Assembly: GCA_016214285.1 (NCBI GenBank)
Contig: JACROV010000079.1
Span: 6,855-70,854 of the forward strand
From: Candidatus Omnitrophota bacterium
Lineage (GTDB): Bacteria; Omnitrophota; Gorgyraeia; Zapsychrales; Zapsychraceae
DNA length: 64,000 bases
Direction of reading: 5' to 3'
The position numbers and the translations under genes were made by a program. This document shows positions 28,845 through 40,054 of this stretch, one piece after another. Position 1 is the stretch's first letter. Every line of letters begins with the position of its first letter. The notes under the pieces are model-generated. The model did no database searches and was not told where the DNA came from. It saw only the letters and a list, made by a program, of their open reading frames with translations.

Positions 28845-28949
28845 GATCCATTTACCTTCATATCGCATAAACAGAAAAATGGATCAACCCCCCGCGTTTC
28901 GTTTTGTCCTATCGGACAAAACGGCGGGGGTGACCGAGGGGGAATAAAG

Positions 28950-31448
28950 ATGCAAAAAAGACTGGTTGTCATCGGAAACGGTATGGCCGGAGCGCGGGTG
29001 GTCGAAGAGATCCTCAAGCGCGCGCCGGGGGTCTTTGAGATCGTCATGTTCGGCGCCGAGCCTTACGGCAATTACAACCGGATCCTGTTAAGTAACGTGC
29101 TCAATCAATCCCAAAAGCCGGAAGAGATCTTTCTCAATTCCCTAACGTGGTATCAGGGAAATAACATCCGTCTTCATGCCGGGGTCAAGGCGGTCAAGAT
29201 CGATGCCGGGCGCCGCTGTATCATCGGGTATCCTCTGCCGGCGGATGTCAATGCCTATGATTTTAGCGACGGCCTTTTTGACAAAGACGCCACCGTCATA
29301 GAGCCCTATGATAACGTTATTATTGCCACCGGATCGCGCCCTTTTGTCCCGCCGATCGAAGGCCAGGGCCTGCCCGGGGTGTTTTTGTTCCGCACCATCG
29401 ACGATTGCCGGCGTATCGCCGAATTCGCTCATGGCTGCCGCAAGGCCGCGGTCATCGGAGGAGGCTTGCTGGGGCTGGAAGCCGCGCGCGGATTATTGAC
29501 GCATAATGTGGACGTGACCGTCGTGGAAGCGGGCGGGCAGTTGATGAATGTCCAGCTTGATGAAGAATCCGGACAGATGCTCAGGCGCACCATGGAGGCG
29601 ATGGGGATCACGGTTGTCGTTAATGGCCGGACAAAGCGTATCCGTGAAGAGAATGGCAAGATCACCGGACTGGAATTTCAGGATGGCACTTCAATCGATG
29701 CCGATATGGTCGTCATCAGCGCCGGCATCCGGCCGATCACCGAGATCGCGCAGGTTTCCGGGATCACCGTCAACAAAGGTATTGTCTGCGACGACCACAT
29801 GCGCACCAATGTCCCGGAGATCTTCGCTTTGGGGGAATGCGTGGAGCATCGCGGGAAGATTTATGGCCTGGTGGACCCGATCTGGGAACAGGCCAGGGTG
29901 CTGGCGGATGTCATCACGGGGACCAACTCCCAGGCGCGCTATGAAGGATCGAAAACCGCGACGAAGCTGAAGGTCATGGGCGTCGAACTTGTTTCCATTG
30001 GCGCCAAAGACGCGGAAAAGCCCTCCGATGAACTGGTCGTTTATCGCGAACTCAAGCGTAATATTTACAAAAAAGTGGTCATCCGCGATGAGAAGATCCT
30101 TGGCGCGATCCTTTTGGGCGACACTGAATACGCGGACACGCTCATGCGGATGTTCCTGGCGGAGCAAAAGATCCCCGGGAACCCTTCGGAACTTTTGTTC
30201 GGCACCGTGACGGGAAGCGCTCTGGTCAACGCCGCGGACCTGCCCGACAACGCGCAGATCTGCAATTGTAACGGCGTGTGCAAAAAAGAGATCGTCGATG
30301 CCATCGTAAACGACAATTGCCAAAGTGTTTCCGCGGTCGGCGCCAAAACAAAGGCGGGCAAAGGCTGCGGTTCCTGCCGCAGCATGATCGCCCAGATCAT
30401 CGAATCGTGCGTGGGGAAGGTCTCTTATGACGCGTCGGAGCATTATTACGTGCCGGGGATCCCTCTAGAAAAATCCCAGCTGGTCGCGCAGATCCTGACG
30501 AAGAAATTGAGATCGGTCAGCGCCGTGTTCGCGGCCCTGGCCGACGGCAAAGAGGACGCGGACAGCAAGGTCGGTCTAGCGTCACTTTTGAAAACCCTTT
30601 GGCCGGGCGAGTATGAAGACGAGCGCGACGCGCGGTTCATCAACGACCGCGTGCACGCCAATATCCAAAGAGACGGGACGTTCTCCGTCATCCCCCGCGT
30701 TTACGCCGGCGTAACCACACCGGATGAACTGATGCGCATTGCCCAAGCCGCCGTTAAATATCAGGTCAAAATGGTCAAGATCACCGGCGGCCAGCGGATC
30801 GATTTGTTGGGGATCCAAAAGGCGGACCTGCCGGCGATCTGGAAAGATCTGGGGATGCCCAGCGGCCACGCGTACACGAAAGCCTTTCGCACCTGCAAGA
30901 GTTGCGTGGGCACGGATTTCTGCCGTTTTGGCCTGGGGGATTCCATCCAGCTCGCGCAAAACATTGAACGCCGTTTTCAGGGGATCGAATCGCCGCACAA
31001 GATGAAGCTGGCCACCGCGGGCTGTCCGCGGAATTGTTCGGAGGCCTATGTCAAAGACATCGGCGCGGTCGCCGTCGGCGAAGATAAATGGGAAATTTAT
31101 ATCGGCGGCGCGGCCGGTGGAACGGTGCGTAAAGGCGACTTTCTTTACACGGCGCAAGGCCATGAGGAAACCGTCAAGGTCGTCGGGAGGTTCATGCAAT
31201 ATTACCGCGAACATGCCAAATATCTGGAGCGTACTTACGGGTTCGTGGAGCGCGTGGGCATCGATGTTTTAAAGAACATTTTGGTGGAGGATTCCCTGGG
31301 GATCTGCGCCCGGCTCGATGCCAGAATTCAGGAGGCCGTGGACGCCTACCGGGATCCCTGGAAGGAAGCGGAGGTGCAGGCATATGAGCGCCAGTTTGAG
31401 GGGCCGCGCTTGGTGGAAGTCTTGAGGGAAGCGGAGAATAATGGTTAA
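28950..31448 (+). CDS. nirB: NAD(P)H-dependent nitrite reductase, large subunit
   Basis: GNGMAG and GGGLLGLEAA Rossmann motifs, ICNCNGV..GCGSC BFD domain, HANIQRDGT, CVGTDFC..GCPRNC siroheme/4Fe-4S ligands. Confidence 0.95.
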   Translation: MQKRLVVIGNGMAGARVVEEILKRAPGVFEIVMFGAEPYGNYNRILLSNVLNQSQKPEEIFLNSLTWYQGNNIRLHAGVKAVKIDAGRRCIIGYPLPADVNAYDFSDGLFDKDATVIEPYDNVIIATGSRPFVPPIEGQGLPGVFLFRTIDDCRRIAEFAHGCRKAAVIGGGLLGLEAARGLLTHNVDVTVVEAGGQLMNVQLDEESGQMLRRTMEAMGITVVVNGRTKRIREENGKITGLEFQDGTSIDADMVVISAGIRPITEIAQVSGITVNKGIVCDDHMRTNVPEIFALGECVEHRGKIYGLVDPIWEQARVLADVITGTNSQARYEGSKTATKLKVMGVELVSIGAKDAEKPSDELVVYRELKRNIYKKVVIRDEKILGAILLGDTEYADTLMRMFLAEQKIPGNPSELLFGTVTGSALVNAADLPDNAQICNCNGVCKKEIVDAIVNDNCQSVSAVGAKTKAGKGCGSCRSMIAQIIESCVGKVSYDASEHYYVPGIPLEKSQLVAQILTKKLRSVSAVFAALADGKEDADSKVGLASLLKTLWPGEYEDERDARFINDRVHANIQRDGTFSVIPRVYAGVTTPDELMRIAQAAVKYQVKMVKITGGQRIDLLGIQKADLPAIWKDLGMPSGHAYTKAFRTCKSCVGTDFCRFGLGDSIQLAQNIERRFQGIESPHKMKLATAGCPRNCSEAYVKDIGAVAVGEDKWEIYIGGAAGGTVRKGDFLYTAQGHEETVKVVGRFMQYYREHAKYLERTYGFVERVGIDVLKNILVEDSLGICARLDARIQEAVDAYRDPWKEAEVQAYERQFEGPRLVEVLREAENNG

Positions 31449-31455
31449 ATCGCTT

Positions 31456-31626
31456 CAAAATTCGAAGCACGAAATCCGAAATTCGAAACAATACCAAAAC
31501 CCGAATGATCTAAATCTGAAACAGAGGGTTTCAATCGTTGTTGGAATTTAGCATTTAGAATTTGTTTCGTGTTTTCCGCCAAAGGCGGATCGGCCTCTGG
31601 CTGACGAGCTTCGGATTTCGAATTTA
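31456..31626. repeat. Heptamer-based long hairpin (copy 3) with the same nested double hairpin
   Basis: Insert at 31575-31604, in the same position as in copy 2. Confidence 0.8.
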
Positions 31627-31642
31627 ATTAAAGGGGTGATTT

Positions 31643-32005
31643 ATGAGGACATCGTATTTAGTCAATCTGGGGAATGTTAATGATATCCCTTTGGGGCAGG
31701 GCGCCTGTTATATCGTCAAAGGAGAAGAGATCGCGGTCTTTCGCGCGCGCGACGGCAAAGTTTCCGCTATCGCGAACAGATGCCCTCACCGTCAAGGCCC
31801 GTTATCGGAAGGTGTGGTCGGTAACGGCAAAGTCGTTTGTCCGTTGCATGGTCATAAGTTCGATCTTGCCTCGGGACAGGGCAGTGAAAAACATGAATGC
31901 GTCCGGGCCTTCGAGGCCTGGGAACAGTATGGGGAAATCATTTTAAGCTTTCCCTGTGAACTATTTAATAAAAACAAAAACGAAAGGAGCTCAGCATGTT
32001 TTTAA
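31643..32005 (+). CDS. nirD: Nitrite reductase small subunit (Rieske)
   Basis: NRCPH..GPL.EG and VCPLH. Follows nirB. Confidence 0.9.
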   Translation: MRTSYLVNLGNVNDIPLGQGACYIVKGEEIAVFRARDGKVSAIANRCPHRQGPLSEGVVGNGKVVCPLHGHKFDLASGQGSEKHECVRAFEAWEQYGEIILSFPCELFNKNKNERSSACF

Positions 32006-33330
32006 AGAAATTTTTTGGGGTGATCGTCATTTTTGTAATTTTTTTGGCATTGGTCAGTACACCGGGTTTTGCCGCGCAACTGGAAAAAGATGAATTGACC
32101 CTCGGCTTTATCAAATTAACGGACTGCGCGCCAATCATTATCGCCAAGGAAAAAGGGTTTTTCGAACAGGAAGGGTTGTTCGTGACGCTCAAGGCCCAGG
32201 CGAACTGGAAGGTCTTGCTGGACGGGGTCATCAGCGGAGAATTGGACGGCGCCCATATGCTGGCGGGCCAGCCATTGGGCGCGACCATCGGGTTCGGAAC
32301 CAAAGGGAATGTCGTGACGGCCTTCAGCATGGATCTAAACGGCAACGCGACGACCGTTTCCAATGAAGTCTGGGCGCTGATGAAACCCGGCATCGCGCAG
32401 GAGGACGGCAAGCCCGTGCATCCGATCTCGGCCGAGGCGTTGAAACCGGCCATCGAGAAATACAAAAGCGAAGGGAAAAAATTTCAGATGGCCATGGTCT
32501 TTCCGGTATCGACCCATAATTATGAACTGCGTTATTGGCTGGCGGCGGCCGGCATCCACCCGGGATTTTATACTCCCACCGACATCACCGGAACCACCGA
32601 CGCCGACATCCTGATCTCCGTGACGCCTCCGCCGCAAATGCCCGCGACGCTGGAGGCGGGGACGATCTCCGGATATTCCGTCGGTGAGCCGTGGAACCAG
32701 CAGGCCGTGTTCAAAGGGATCGGCGTCCCGGTCATTACCGACTATGAGATCTGGAAAAACAACCCGGAGAAAGTGTTCGGGGTGACCAGGCAATGGGCCG
32801 AAAAGTATCCCAATACGCATGTGGCTGTCGTCAAGGCGCTCATCCGCGCCGGGCAATGGCTGGACGCGGACAACGGCAAAAACCGGGCGGAGGCGGCCAG
32901 GATCCTTTCAAAGCCCGAATATGTGGGGGCTGATTATGAAGTCATCGCCAATAGTATGACGGGCACGTTTGAATATGAAAAAGGTGACAAACGCTCCCTG
33001 CCGGATTTTAATGTCTTTTTCCGTTATTACGCGACGTACCCTTATTACAGCGACGCCATCTGGTACTTGACGCAGATGCGCCGCTGGGGGCAGATCCCGG
33101 AACCGAAGCCGGACAGCTGGTACACAGAAACGGCCAGGAAGGTTTATCTGCCGGAGGTTTGGCTTAAAGCGGCCAAGGCGCTCGTCGCGGAGGGCAAGAT
33201 GTCCGAATCGGATATCCCGCAGACCGATGGGTATAAGCCGGCGACCGGGGATTTTATCGACGGGGTCGTTTATGACGGGCGAAAACCGAACGAGTATTTG
33301 GCGAAATTTCCGATCGGCAACAAGAATTGA
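31996..33330 (+). CDS. nrtA: NrtA/CmpA family nitrate/nitrite ABC substrate-binding protein
   Basis: Signal peptide, [27 protein letters not shown]. Confidence 0.9.
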   Translation: MFLKKFFGVIVIFVIFLALVSTPGFAAQLEKDELTLGFIKLTDCAPIIIAKEKGFFEQEGLFVTLKAQANWKVLLDGVISGELDGAHMLAGQPLGATIGFGTKGNVVTAFSMDLNGNATTVSNEVWALMKPGIAQEDGKPVHPISAEALKPAIEKYKSEGKKFQMAMVFPVSTHNYELRYWLAAAGIHPGFYTPTDITGTTDADILISVTPPPQMPATLEAGTISGYSVGEPWNQQAVFKGIGVPVITDYEIWKNNPEKVFGVTRQWAEKYPNTHVAVVKALIRAGQWLDADNGKNRAEAARILSKPEYVGADYEVIANSMTGTFEYEKGDKRSLPDFNVFFRYYATYPYYSDAIWYLTQMRRWGQIPEPKPDSWYTETARKVYLPEVWLKAAKALVAEGKMSESDIPQTDGYKPATGDFIDGVVYDGRKPNEYLAKFPIGNKN

Positions 33331-33347
33331 AAAGACGAGAGAAAATC

Positions 33348-34355
33348 ATGAGCGATAGAATGATCAAGAATAAAAAAGGACAGGTGTCCCTGGGCGCGAC
33401 GGCGTTTCCCCCAAACGGACTCAGCTTAAAAGCGGGAGATATCCTTTTGAAACTTTGGGTCTCGCTGGGGATCCCGGTCGCGGCTTTTAGCATTTTTATC
33501 TGGCTGTGGTCGGCCGGCGCCGCCAGTGTCCAGACGAGCTTGGGGACACTCCCTGGGCCTCAAGCGGTATTTGCGCAGGCCGGAACATTATGGCAGGAAC
33601 ATTGGGAAGAAAAAGGAAAAGAAAAAGAATTCTATTTTAAGCAGCGGGAACAGAACGCACAAAAGCTGGCGCAGGATCCAGCTTATCAGGTGAAGGCACG
33701 CAAATATACCGGCAAACCGACGTATCTTGACCAGATCATCACCAGTCTTATTACGGTCTTTACCGGTTTTGTCATCGCGTCCCTGGTCGCCATCCCCATC
33801 GGTATTCTTTGCGGATTGAATCGCATCATCATGATCGCGTTTAATCCTTTCATTCAGATCTTCAAACCTGTTTCCCCGCTGGCTTGGCTGCCTTTGGTCA
33901 CGATGATCGTCAGTGCGGTTTATACGACGCAAAACGGCGGCATCGAGAAATGTTTTATCATCTCGGCGATCACGGTTTCGTTATGTTCTTTATGGCCGAC
34001 GCTGATCAACACGGCGCAGGGGGTATCTTCCATTGATAAGGATATCATCAACGTTTCCCGCGTCTTGAACCTCGGGTGGTTCACCCATGTTTTCAAGATC
34101 GTTTTGCCGTCATCATTGCCGCTGATATTTACCGGCTTAAGGATCTCTTTGGGTGTCGGGTGGATGGTCCTGATCGCGTCCGAAATGCTGGCCCAGAATC
34201 CGGGGCTGGGAAAATTTGTCTGGGACGAATTCCAGAACGGGAGCAGTAATTCGCTGGCCCGAATTATGGTGGCGGTCTTGACGATCGGGGTCCTCGGTTT
34301 TATTTTAGACCGCCTGATGGTCTTATTGCAGAAAACGGTCAACTTTCAAAAATAG
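33348..34355 (+). CDS. nrtB: Nitrate/nitrite ABC permease
   Basis: [33 protein letters not shown]. Confidence 0.9.
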   Translation: MSDRMIKNKKGQVSLGATAFPPNGLSLKAGDILLKLWVSLGIPVAAFSIFIWLWSAGAASVQTSLGTLPGPQAVFAQAGTLWQEHWEEKGKEKEFYFKQREQNAQKLAQDPAYQVKARKYTGKPTYLDQIITSLITVFTGFVIASLVAIPIGILCGLNRIIMIAFNPFIQIFKPVSPLAWLPLVTMIVSAVYTTQNGGIEKCFIISAITVSLCSLWPTLINTAQGVSSIDKDIINVSRVLNLGWFTHVFKIVLPSSLPLIFTGLRISLGVGWMVLIASEMLAQNPGLGKFVWDEFQNGSSNSLARIMVAVLTIGVLGFILDRLMVLLQKTVNFQK

Positions 34356-34366
34356 GATATAGCTTT

Positions 34367-35230
34367 ATGGCTTTTCTGGAATTAAATAATGTTTCGAAAT
34401 CGTACGTGAGCGGCCCTGGGGGCAAGCGGCTTCCGGTCCTTGAGAACATCAACCTCAAGGTCGAGGAAGGGGAATTCATCGCTATCGTTGGATTTTCCGG
34501 GAGCGGAAAGACGACGCTGATCTCTTTGATCGCCGGGCTGCTGAACCCTGATGAGGGGGAGATCCTTTTGCGTGGTCAACCCGTTTTAAGCCCAGGTCCT
34601 GACCGTGGGGTTGTTTTTCAGAATTACTCTCTTCTGCCGTGGCTGTCGGTCTACGGCAATGTCCGTTTGGCCGTCGGGAAGGCTTTTCCCTCGTGGTTGC
34701 CGCGGCAAAAAGACCGGCAGACGCACAAGTTCATTGATCTGGTCAAATTGACCCCGGCCGTCGCCAAATATCCGCGTGAATTGTCCGGAGGGATGCGTCA
34801 GCGCGTTGCCGTGGCCCGCGCTTTGGCGATGAATCCGCAAATGCTTTTGCTGGATGAGCCGCTAAGCGCGCTCGATGCCCTGACGCGCGCGACCCTGCAG
34901 GATGAGATCGAAAAGATCTGGGAAAAAGAACGCAAGACGGTCATCCTGATCACCAATGACGTTGATGAAGGTATCCTTTTGGCGGACCGGATTATTCCGC
35001 TCAACCCTGGCCCATCCGCGACGCTGGGGCCGGAATTTCCCATAACCCTGCCCCGGCCGCGCAACCGTCAGCAGTTGAACCATGACGCGCGTTACAAAAT
35101 GATCCGCAACCAGATCATCGAATATCTGATGGACGTGCGCGGGGATGTCGCCGGGTTCCGTGTCCCTGAAGATCTGGTTTTGCCTGATCTGGAGCCGCGA
35201 TATGTCAGCTCCGACTCGCTGAAAGGATGA
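34367..35230 (+). CDS. Nitrate/nitrite ABC ATPase (NrtC/D-like)
   Basis: [38 protein letters not shown]. Confidence 0.9.
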   Translation: MAFLELNNVSKSYVSGPGGKRLPVLENINLKVEEGEFIAIVGFSGSGKTTLISLIAGLLNPDEGEILLRGQPVLSPGPDRGVVFQNYSLLPWLSVYGNVRLAVGKAFPSWLPRQKDRQTHKFIDLVKLTPAVAKYPRELSGGMRQRVAVARALAMNPQMLLLDEPLSALDALTRATLQDEIEKIWEKERKTVILITNDVDEGILLADRIIPLNPGPSATLGPEFPITLPRPRNRQQLNHDARYKMIRNQIIEYLMDVRGDVAGFRVPEDLVLPDLEPRYVSSDSLKG

Positions 35231-36036
35231 TCTTGATGGAATCGTCGGTATTGCAGTTTGAACGGATCTCCAAGGTTTACCCGGTTCCTAAAGGCGGGGA
35301 ATACGTTGTGCTGGAGCAATTCGATCTGAACATTGCCAAGGGAGAATTCGTCGCGGTCATCGGGCATTCGGGCTGCGGGAAATCGACGGCGTTGATGATC
35401 GCCGCGGGGCTTCTTCCCATGAGTGGTGGATATGTCTTTTTGAAAAGCCGCGAGATCGTCGGGCCGGGGCCGGACCGGGGGGTCGTGTTCCAAGGGCCGA
35501 GTCTTCTGCCATGGTTAAGCGCCCTGGAGAACGTGATGCTGGGCGTGAATCAGGTCTTTCCCAACGCGCCCGGGAAGCAAAAGGAAGATGTCGCGCGATA
35601 CTATCTTCACCGCGTCGGGTTATCCGAGAGCATGAAGAAAAAGGCCGCGGACCTCTCCAGCTGGATGAAATAGCGGGTGGCCATCGCCCGGGCGTTCGCT
35701 TTAAAGCCGAAAGTTTTGCTGCTCGATGAGCCTTTCGGCATGCTGGATTCCATGACGCGCTTCGAACTGCAGGAAGTTTTGATGGAGGTCTGGTCGCGGG
35801 AACAGATCACCGCCATGCTGGTCACGCACGATATTGACGAAGCGTTATTTTTGTCCGACCGTGTCGTGATGATGACCAACGGCCCCCGCGCCAAAGTCGG
35901 CGATATTCTGGAAGTGCCCTTCGCCCGGCCGCGGCTGCGCAAGGACGTCATCGAGCACCCGGATTATTACCGGTACCGGGGATATTTGACGGATTTTTTG
36001 GAGAATGCGGATAAAAATGTTACAAACACAAAATAA
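35227..36036 (+). pseudogene. Second nitrate ABC ATPase interrupted by an in-frame TAG (35671-35673)
   Basis: ORFs 35227-35673 and 35677-36036 are in the same frame. The signature reads LSSWMK*RVAIARA instead of LSGGMKQRVAIARA. Confidence 0.85.
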
Positions 36037-36062
36037 TAATATGTTTGCCTCTCTGCTCGCAT

Positions 36063-36340
36063 GGACGTTTATTTTTCCCTCCCGAAGGGAGCCTATCGGC
36101 CAGCGAGGAAAAATAAACTCGACATTCGGCCTCGCTCTCCCGGGGAGTCAGAGCGCGGGGGAACCATGCCCGCTCGGCCTCATGACGCCATGCTCACAGA
36201 GAGTCAAACATGTCCCGAACAAAAGGTCACTGGTCGATACCAATCCGCAGTGAGCGTGCTAGCGAACGGAGGATTGGTATCGACAACGATGGCGAATCTG
36301 GGCGCAAAGGTTTAATCGCCGGAATGGTTATCCGTTAACT
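36063..36340. repeat. ~280-nt structured intergenic element, copy B
   Basis: Colinear with 11746-12060. Confidence 0.75.
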
Positions 36341-36363
36341 ATCATAAAAGAGGAGAGAGGAAT

Positions 36364-37698
36364 ATGAAAAAACACGTTCTGGTATGTCTTTCATTAATGT
36401 TGGCTGGTTTTGCTCAACCCGCCCACGCGGGGGAATTGTTGAACAAGCATCTGCCGTCGTATCTGAAGGCGGACATCGAGTTTCGCCACCGGATGGAGTA
36501 CCGGCAGAATTTCGATTTTAACGACAACGCGGACGACGAGGACGCGTTCGATCTTCTGCGCAGCCGCCTGACCCTGCAATGGATCCCGGTCAAAACGGTC
36601 AAATTGTTCACGCAATGGCAGGATTCGCGCATCGCCAATGATGAATTCGCCAACAAAACGACCTTCGAGAATTTCATGGACCTGCGCCAGCTCTATGTCG
36701 ATTACGAGGACGCCATTTTGATCGACGCGATCAATATGAATAAATTATCCCTGCGCGCCGGGCGTCAGGAATTTTCTTACGGGGCGCAGCGGTTGTTGGG
36801 CGGGTTCAACTGGTCGAACATTGCCCAGACCTTCGACGGCGGGAAGCTGGGCGCGCATTTTTCCACGTTTCATACGCAATTGGACATTTTCGCCGGAGAG
36901 AAGACCAACAATAAAAGTCCCCGGCAGGCCGACGATCTTTTCGACGGTTCCAACAAGGACAGGATCTGGGCGTATTACGCGACGGCCAAGGCCTTTGGTG
37001 AAACGTTGATCGAGAACTATCTTATCCGGCGTGCCACGTATAAAAACATCTCTTTCGGTCCCGGCGGTTCCAGCGAGATCGATGATTATACTTTCGGCGG
37101 CCGGCTGAAGAAGTCTTTCTCCAATGGCGTTGATTATGAGTTGGAGGCGGCTGGCCAGTGGGGGGATTTTCGCGACCAAGACGTCGCCGCCATGATGGCG
37201 GTTGGCATCCTGGGGTATACTTTCCAGGCGCCCTGGCAGCCGCGTGTCGCTTTTGAGTTTGATTACGGCTCGGGCGATTCGGATCCCACGGACGGCAAAC
37301 TGACAACTTTCGATAACTTGTATCCGACCAATCATCTTTTTTACGGATTCATGGATTTTATCAGTTTGCAGAACCTCAATGATTATCGTTTTCAGGTCAG
37401 CGCCAAGCCTCACAAGAAACTGAAATTGCAGGCGGATCTTCACCTGATCTCCCTGGACACCCCGAAGGATTCCTTTTATTCGGCGGGCCGCGCGGTGACC
37501 CGCACGGCGGCGGCGAGCCTTTCGGGCGTCAGTCCGCACGTGGGCAACGAGATCGATCTGACGGCCGATTATAAGATAAATAATTACGTGAATGTGCACG
37601 CGGGGTATTCGCGCTTTTTCGCCGGAAAATATCTCCAGGAAACGGGAGCCAACGATGACGCTGATTTTGCCTATGTCCAGACGACGCTTTCGTTATGA
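36364..37698 (+). CDS. Alginate-export family outer-membrane beta-barrel (putative anion porin)
   Basis: Signal peptide, R.R.E, GRQE..YG.QRL, FDG, SGD, alternating beta strands. Located at the end of the nitrate cluster. Confidence 0.8.
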   Translation: MKKHVLVCLSLMLAGFAQPAHAGELLNKHLPSYLKADIEFRHRMEYRQNFDFNDNADDEDAFDLLRSRLTLQWIPVKTVKLFTQWQDSRIANDEFANKTTFENFMDLRQLYVDYEDAILIDAINMNKLSLRAGRQEFSYGAQRLLGGFNWSNIAQTFDGGKLGAHFSTFHTQLDIFAGEKTNNKSPRQADDLFDGSNKDRIWAYYATAKAFGETLIENYLIRRATYKNISFGPGGSSEIDDYTFGGRLKKSFSNGVDYELEAAGQWGDFRDQDVAAMMAVGILGYTFQAPWQPRVAFEFDYGSGDSDPTDGKLTTFDNLYPTNHLFYGFMDFISLQNLNDYRFQVSAKPHKKLKLQADLHLISLDTPKDSFYSAGRAVTRTAAASLSGVSPHVGNEIDLTADYKINNYVNVHAGYSRFFAGKYLQETGANDDADFAYVQTTLSL

Positions 37699-37747
37699 CC
37701 GCCGAAGGTATTAGAGATAAACGGAAGTAAACGAGGAGATAAACGTT

Positions 37748-38860
37748 TTAGTTTAGCGAGCGGGTTTCGATAATGGTCATGGCCATGGCCGCGAAGATGA
37801 CCGGCGTTATCCAGGCCGCCAGGATCGGCGGGAAAAATCCACCCTTGCCGAAGGCAAGGCTCACCGCGTTGACCACGTAGTACAAAAATCCCACGCATAC
37901 CGCCAGCCCCAGCGCCGTGAAGGTCGCCCCTTTGCGGCTTTTGAACATGAGGGCGAAGGGAAGTCCCGCCAGAACGATCACCACATTTCCGACAGGGAAA
38001 GCGATGCGCTGATGCATATCCACGCGCAGGCTCTGCAGGGCTTTGTGCGCGCCGCTGGAGGCGAATTTGGCGATGTATTCGTTTAACTGCCGGATGTTCA
38101 TCGACGAGACATTGAGCCGCTGCTTAAGAAAATCCTCCGGTGTTTCCTTGATATCCATCAGCTTTTCCTTGTAGACCTTGATCTTGACCGGGCTGGTGAG
38201 ATTAACGGGATTAAATATCGTAATCTGGCACTGGTAGAATTTCCAGGCGATCCCCGTCCAGGCGCCTTTGAGGGCGACGATCTTTTGCTGGATGTTCTGG
38301 TCCTGGTCATGCTCGATGATGGTGATCCCTTCGAGCGTTTGTTCGCGCGGGTTGTAGCGATCGATGAAATAGAGCCGGTTCTTGAGCCCGTAAAAGGTCA
38401 GGTTGCGGATGACTTCGGTGTTTTTGCGCATTTTGTCGGCCTGCAGGATGATGTTTTCATCGCGGATCTTCTCGGTCGTAGCGGCGGCGCCGGGGACGAT
38501 CCGTTCATTGACGAAAAAGACCGCGGCCGCGACCAAAAGGCTGAAAACAATGGCGGGGCGGGTGATCTGCCAGAAATTTAACCCGCTGGAGCGCATGGCG
38601 ATGATCTCGTTATGGTTGTTGAGAGTGCTGAAGGTCAGCAGGACCCCGATCAAACAGGCGATGGAAGAAGTCTGCACCAGGATGACGGGGAAAAAGGACA
38701 TGTAATACTTGCTCAGAATGTCCATGGAAAGCTTGCGGTTGATGATCTCATCAAGGTTGCTCGTAATATCGATGAGGATATACAAGAAGCAAAAGATCAG
38801 GACCGTCAGGCAGAAGATCTTGACGATGGATCTGGTGATATGGCGTTCTAGGATACGCAT
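37748..38860 (-). CDS. lptG: LPS export permease LptG (start ATG 38860)
   Basis: MRILERH, NEIIAMRSSG, PPILAAW. Paired with lptF. Confidence 0.85.
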   Translation of the reverse strand: MRILERHITRSIVKIFCLTVLIFCFLYILIDITSNLDEIINRKLSMDILSKYYMSFFPVILVQTSSIACLIGVLLTFSTLNNHNEIIAMRSSGLNFWQITRPAIVFSLLVAAAVFFVNERIVPGAAATTEKIRDENIILQADKMRKNTEVIRNLTFYGLKNRLYFIDRYNPREQTLEGITIIEHDQDQNIQQKIVALKGAWTGIAWKFYQCQITIFNPVNLTSPVKIKVYKEKLMDIKETPEDFLKQRLNVSSMNIRQLNEYIAKFASSGAHKALQSLRVDMHQRIAFPVGNVVIVLAGLPFALMFKSRKGATFTALGLAVCVGFLYYVVNAVSLAFGKGGFFPPILAAWITPVIFAAMAMTIIETRSLN

Positions 38861-39933
38861 TTTTGATTCAGGATAAAGGCCCCGATCCCGGCCAGGACAT
38901 TGGGTGTCCACATGACCCATGCCGCGGGGGCGATATTCTGGATGCTCAACGCCTCACAGCCCAGCGACAACAGATAATACAGCGCGGCGAACGCGACCGC
39001 GATGACGATGTTGGCGGATTTTTCCCGCCGGTGGGTGATCACGGCGGCCGGAAATCCCAGCAGGATAAAGATCAGCGAGGCGAACGACCAGGTGATCTTG
39101 CGGTGATACTCCGTGCGCAGCTGGACGGTATCGATCAGCAGCCGTTCATGTTCTTCGATCTGCGCGCGCAGTTCCTTGAGCGTCATCCCTCTGGGTTTTT
39201 TTTCGACTTCTTTCTTTTCTTTGGACAGGTCCAGGGTGATGAAATAATTCTTAAAATTCAGTTTATAGAAATTTTCCGGGTTCTCCAGGTTCGGCTCGTC
39301 GGAGGTGCCATCCATGAGCTTGAGTTTGACCTGGTCTTTGCCCGGCACGGCGGTAAATTCCCCGCGTTTGGCGATGATGGTACGCGTCGGCCGGTCGGGC
39401 TGCGGCTGGTAAATGGTGACGTTGTACATTTTATTGTCTTCGATCTTGTGGATGAAGAGGATCTGGTTTTCGAAGGCGTGGATAAAAAGCCCCGGCTCTA
39501 AAAGCGCGGCCGGGTTTTCGGTGCCGAGATTTTTCAGGAGCTTGCGTTGCTCGTAATAGGCGTAGGGAATGATGCGTTCGTTCAAGACGACCGCCAGAAG
39601 GCTGATCACGATTCCGACGACGCATAGCGATATCAGGATCCCTCCCAAATGGACGCCGCTGGAGCGTATGGCCAGGATCTCATTATCGACCGATAACCGG
39701 CTGAAGGTGAAGATGACGCTCACCAGGCACGCGATGGGAAGCGTGTAGCCTAAAAGGACGGGAATATAAAGTAAAAATACGTGCCCGATGGTCGCCGGGT
39801 TTATTCCTTTATTGATCACGAGGTTAGCCATCTGGATAAGATTGCCCAGAAGAAAAACGCAGGTCAAGACGACCAGAGACAGGAGGAAGGGGATGATGCA
39901 TTCTTTCAAGATGTAGGAGCGGAGGATTTTCAT
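38848..39933 (-). CDS. lptF: LPS export permease LptF (start ATG 39933)
   Basis: MKILRSYI..PF, RLSVDNEILAIRSSG, MWTPN. Confidence 0.87.
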   Translation of the reverse strand: MKILRSYILKECIIPFLLSLVVLTCVFLLGNLIQMANLVINKGINPATIGHVFLLYIPVLLGYTLPIACLVSVIFTFSRLSVDNEILAIRSSGVHLGGILISLCVVGIVISLLAVVLNERIIPYAYYEQRKLLKNLGTENPAALLEPGLFIHAFENQILFIHKIEDNKMYNVTIYQPQPDRPTRTIIAKRGEFTAVPGKDQVKLKLMDGTSDEPNLENPENFYKLNFKNYFITLDLSKEKKEVEKKPRGMTLKELRAQIEEHERLLIDTVQLRTEYHRKITWSFASLIFILLGFPAAVITHRREKSANIVIAVAFAALYYLLSLGCEALSIQNIAPAAWVMWTPNVLAGIGAFILNQKCVS

Positions 39934-40054
39934 AAAAGAAAATTGGGAATGGTTATCCGGAAATCCGGTTATCCGTAACTTGGAGATCCGGCTACCCGGA
40001 TATCCGGATGCCCCAGTCCCGGATTCCCGGATCATCGGATATCCCGACTTTTTA

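Noticed and set aside
35671-35673. Pyrrolysine or amber recoding
   Set aside because: TAG is a normal stop for many genes here, no pyl genes are present, and neighbouring signature residues are also mutated.
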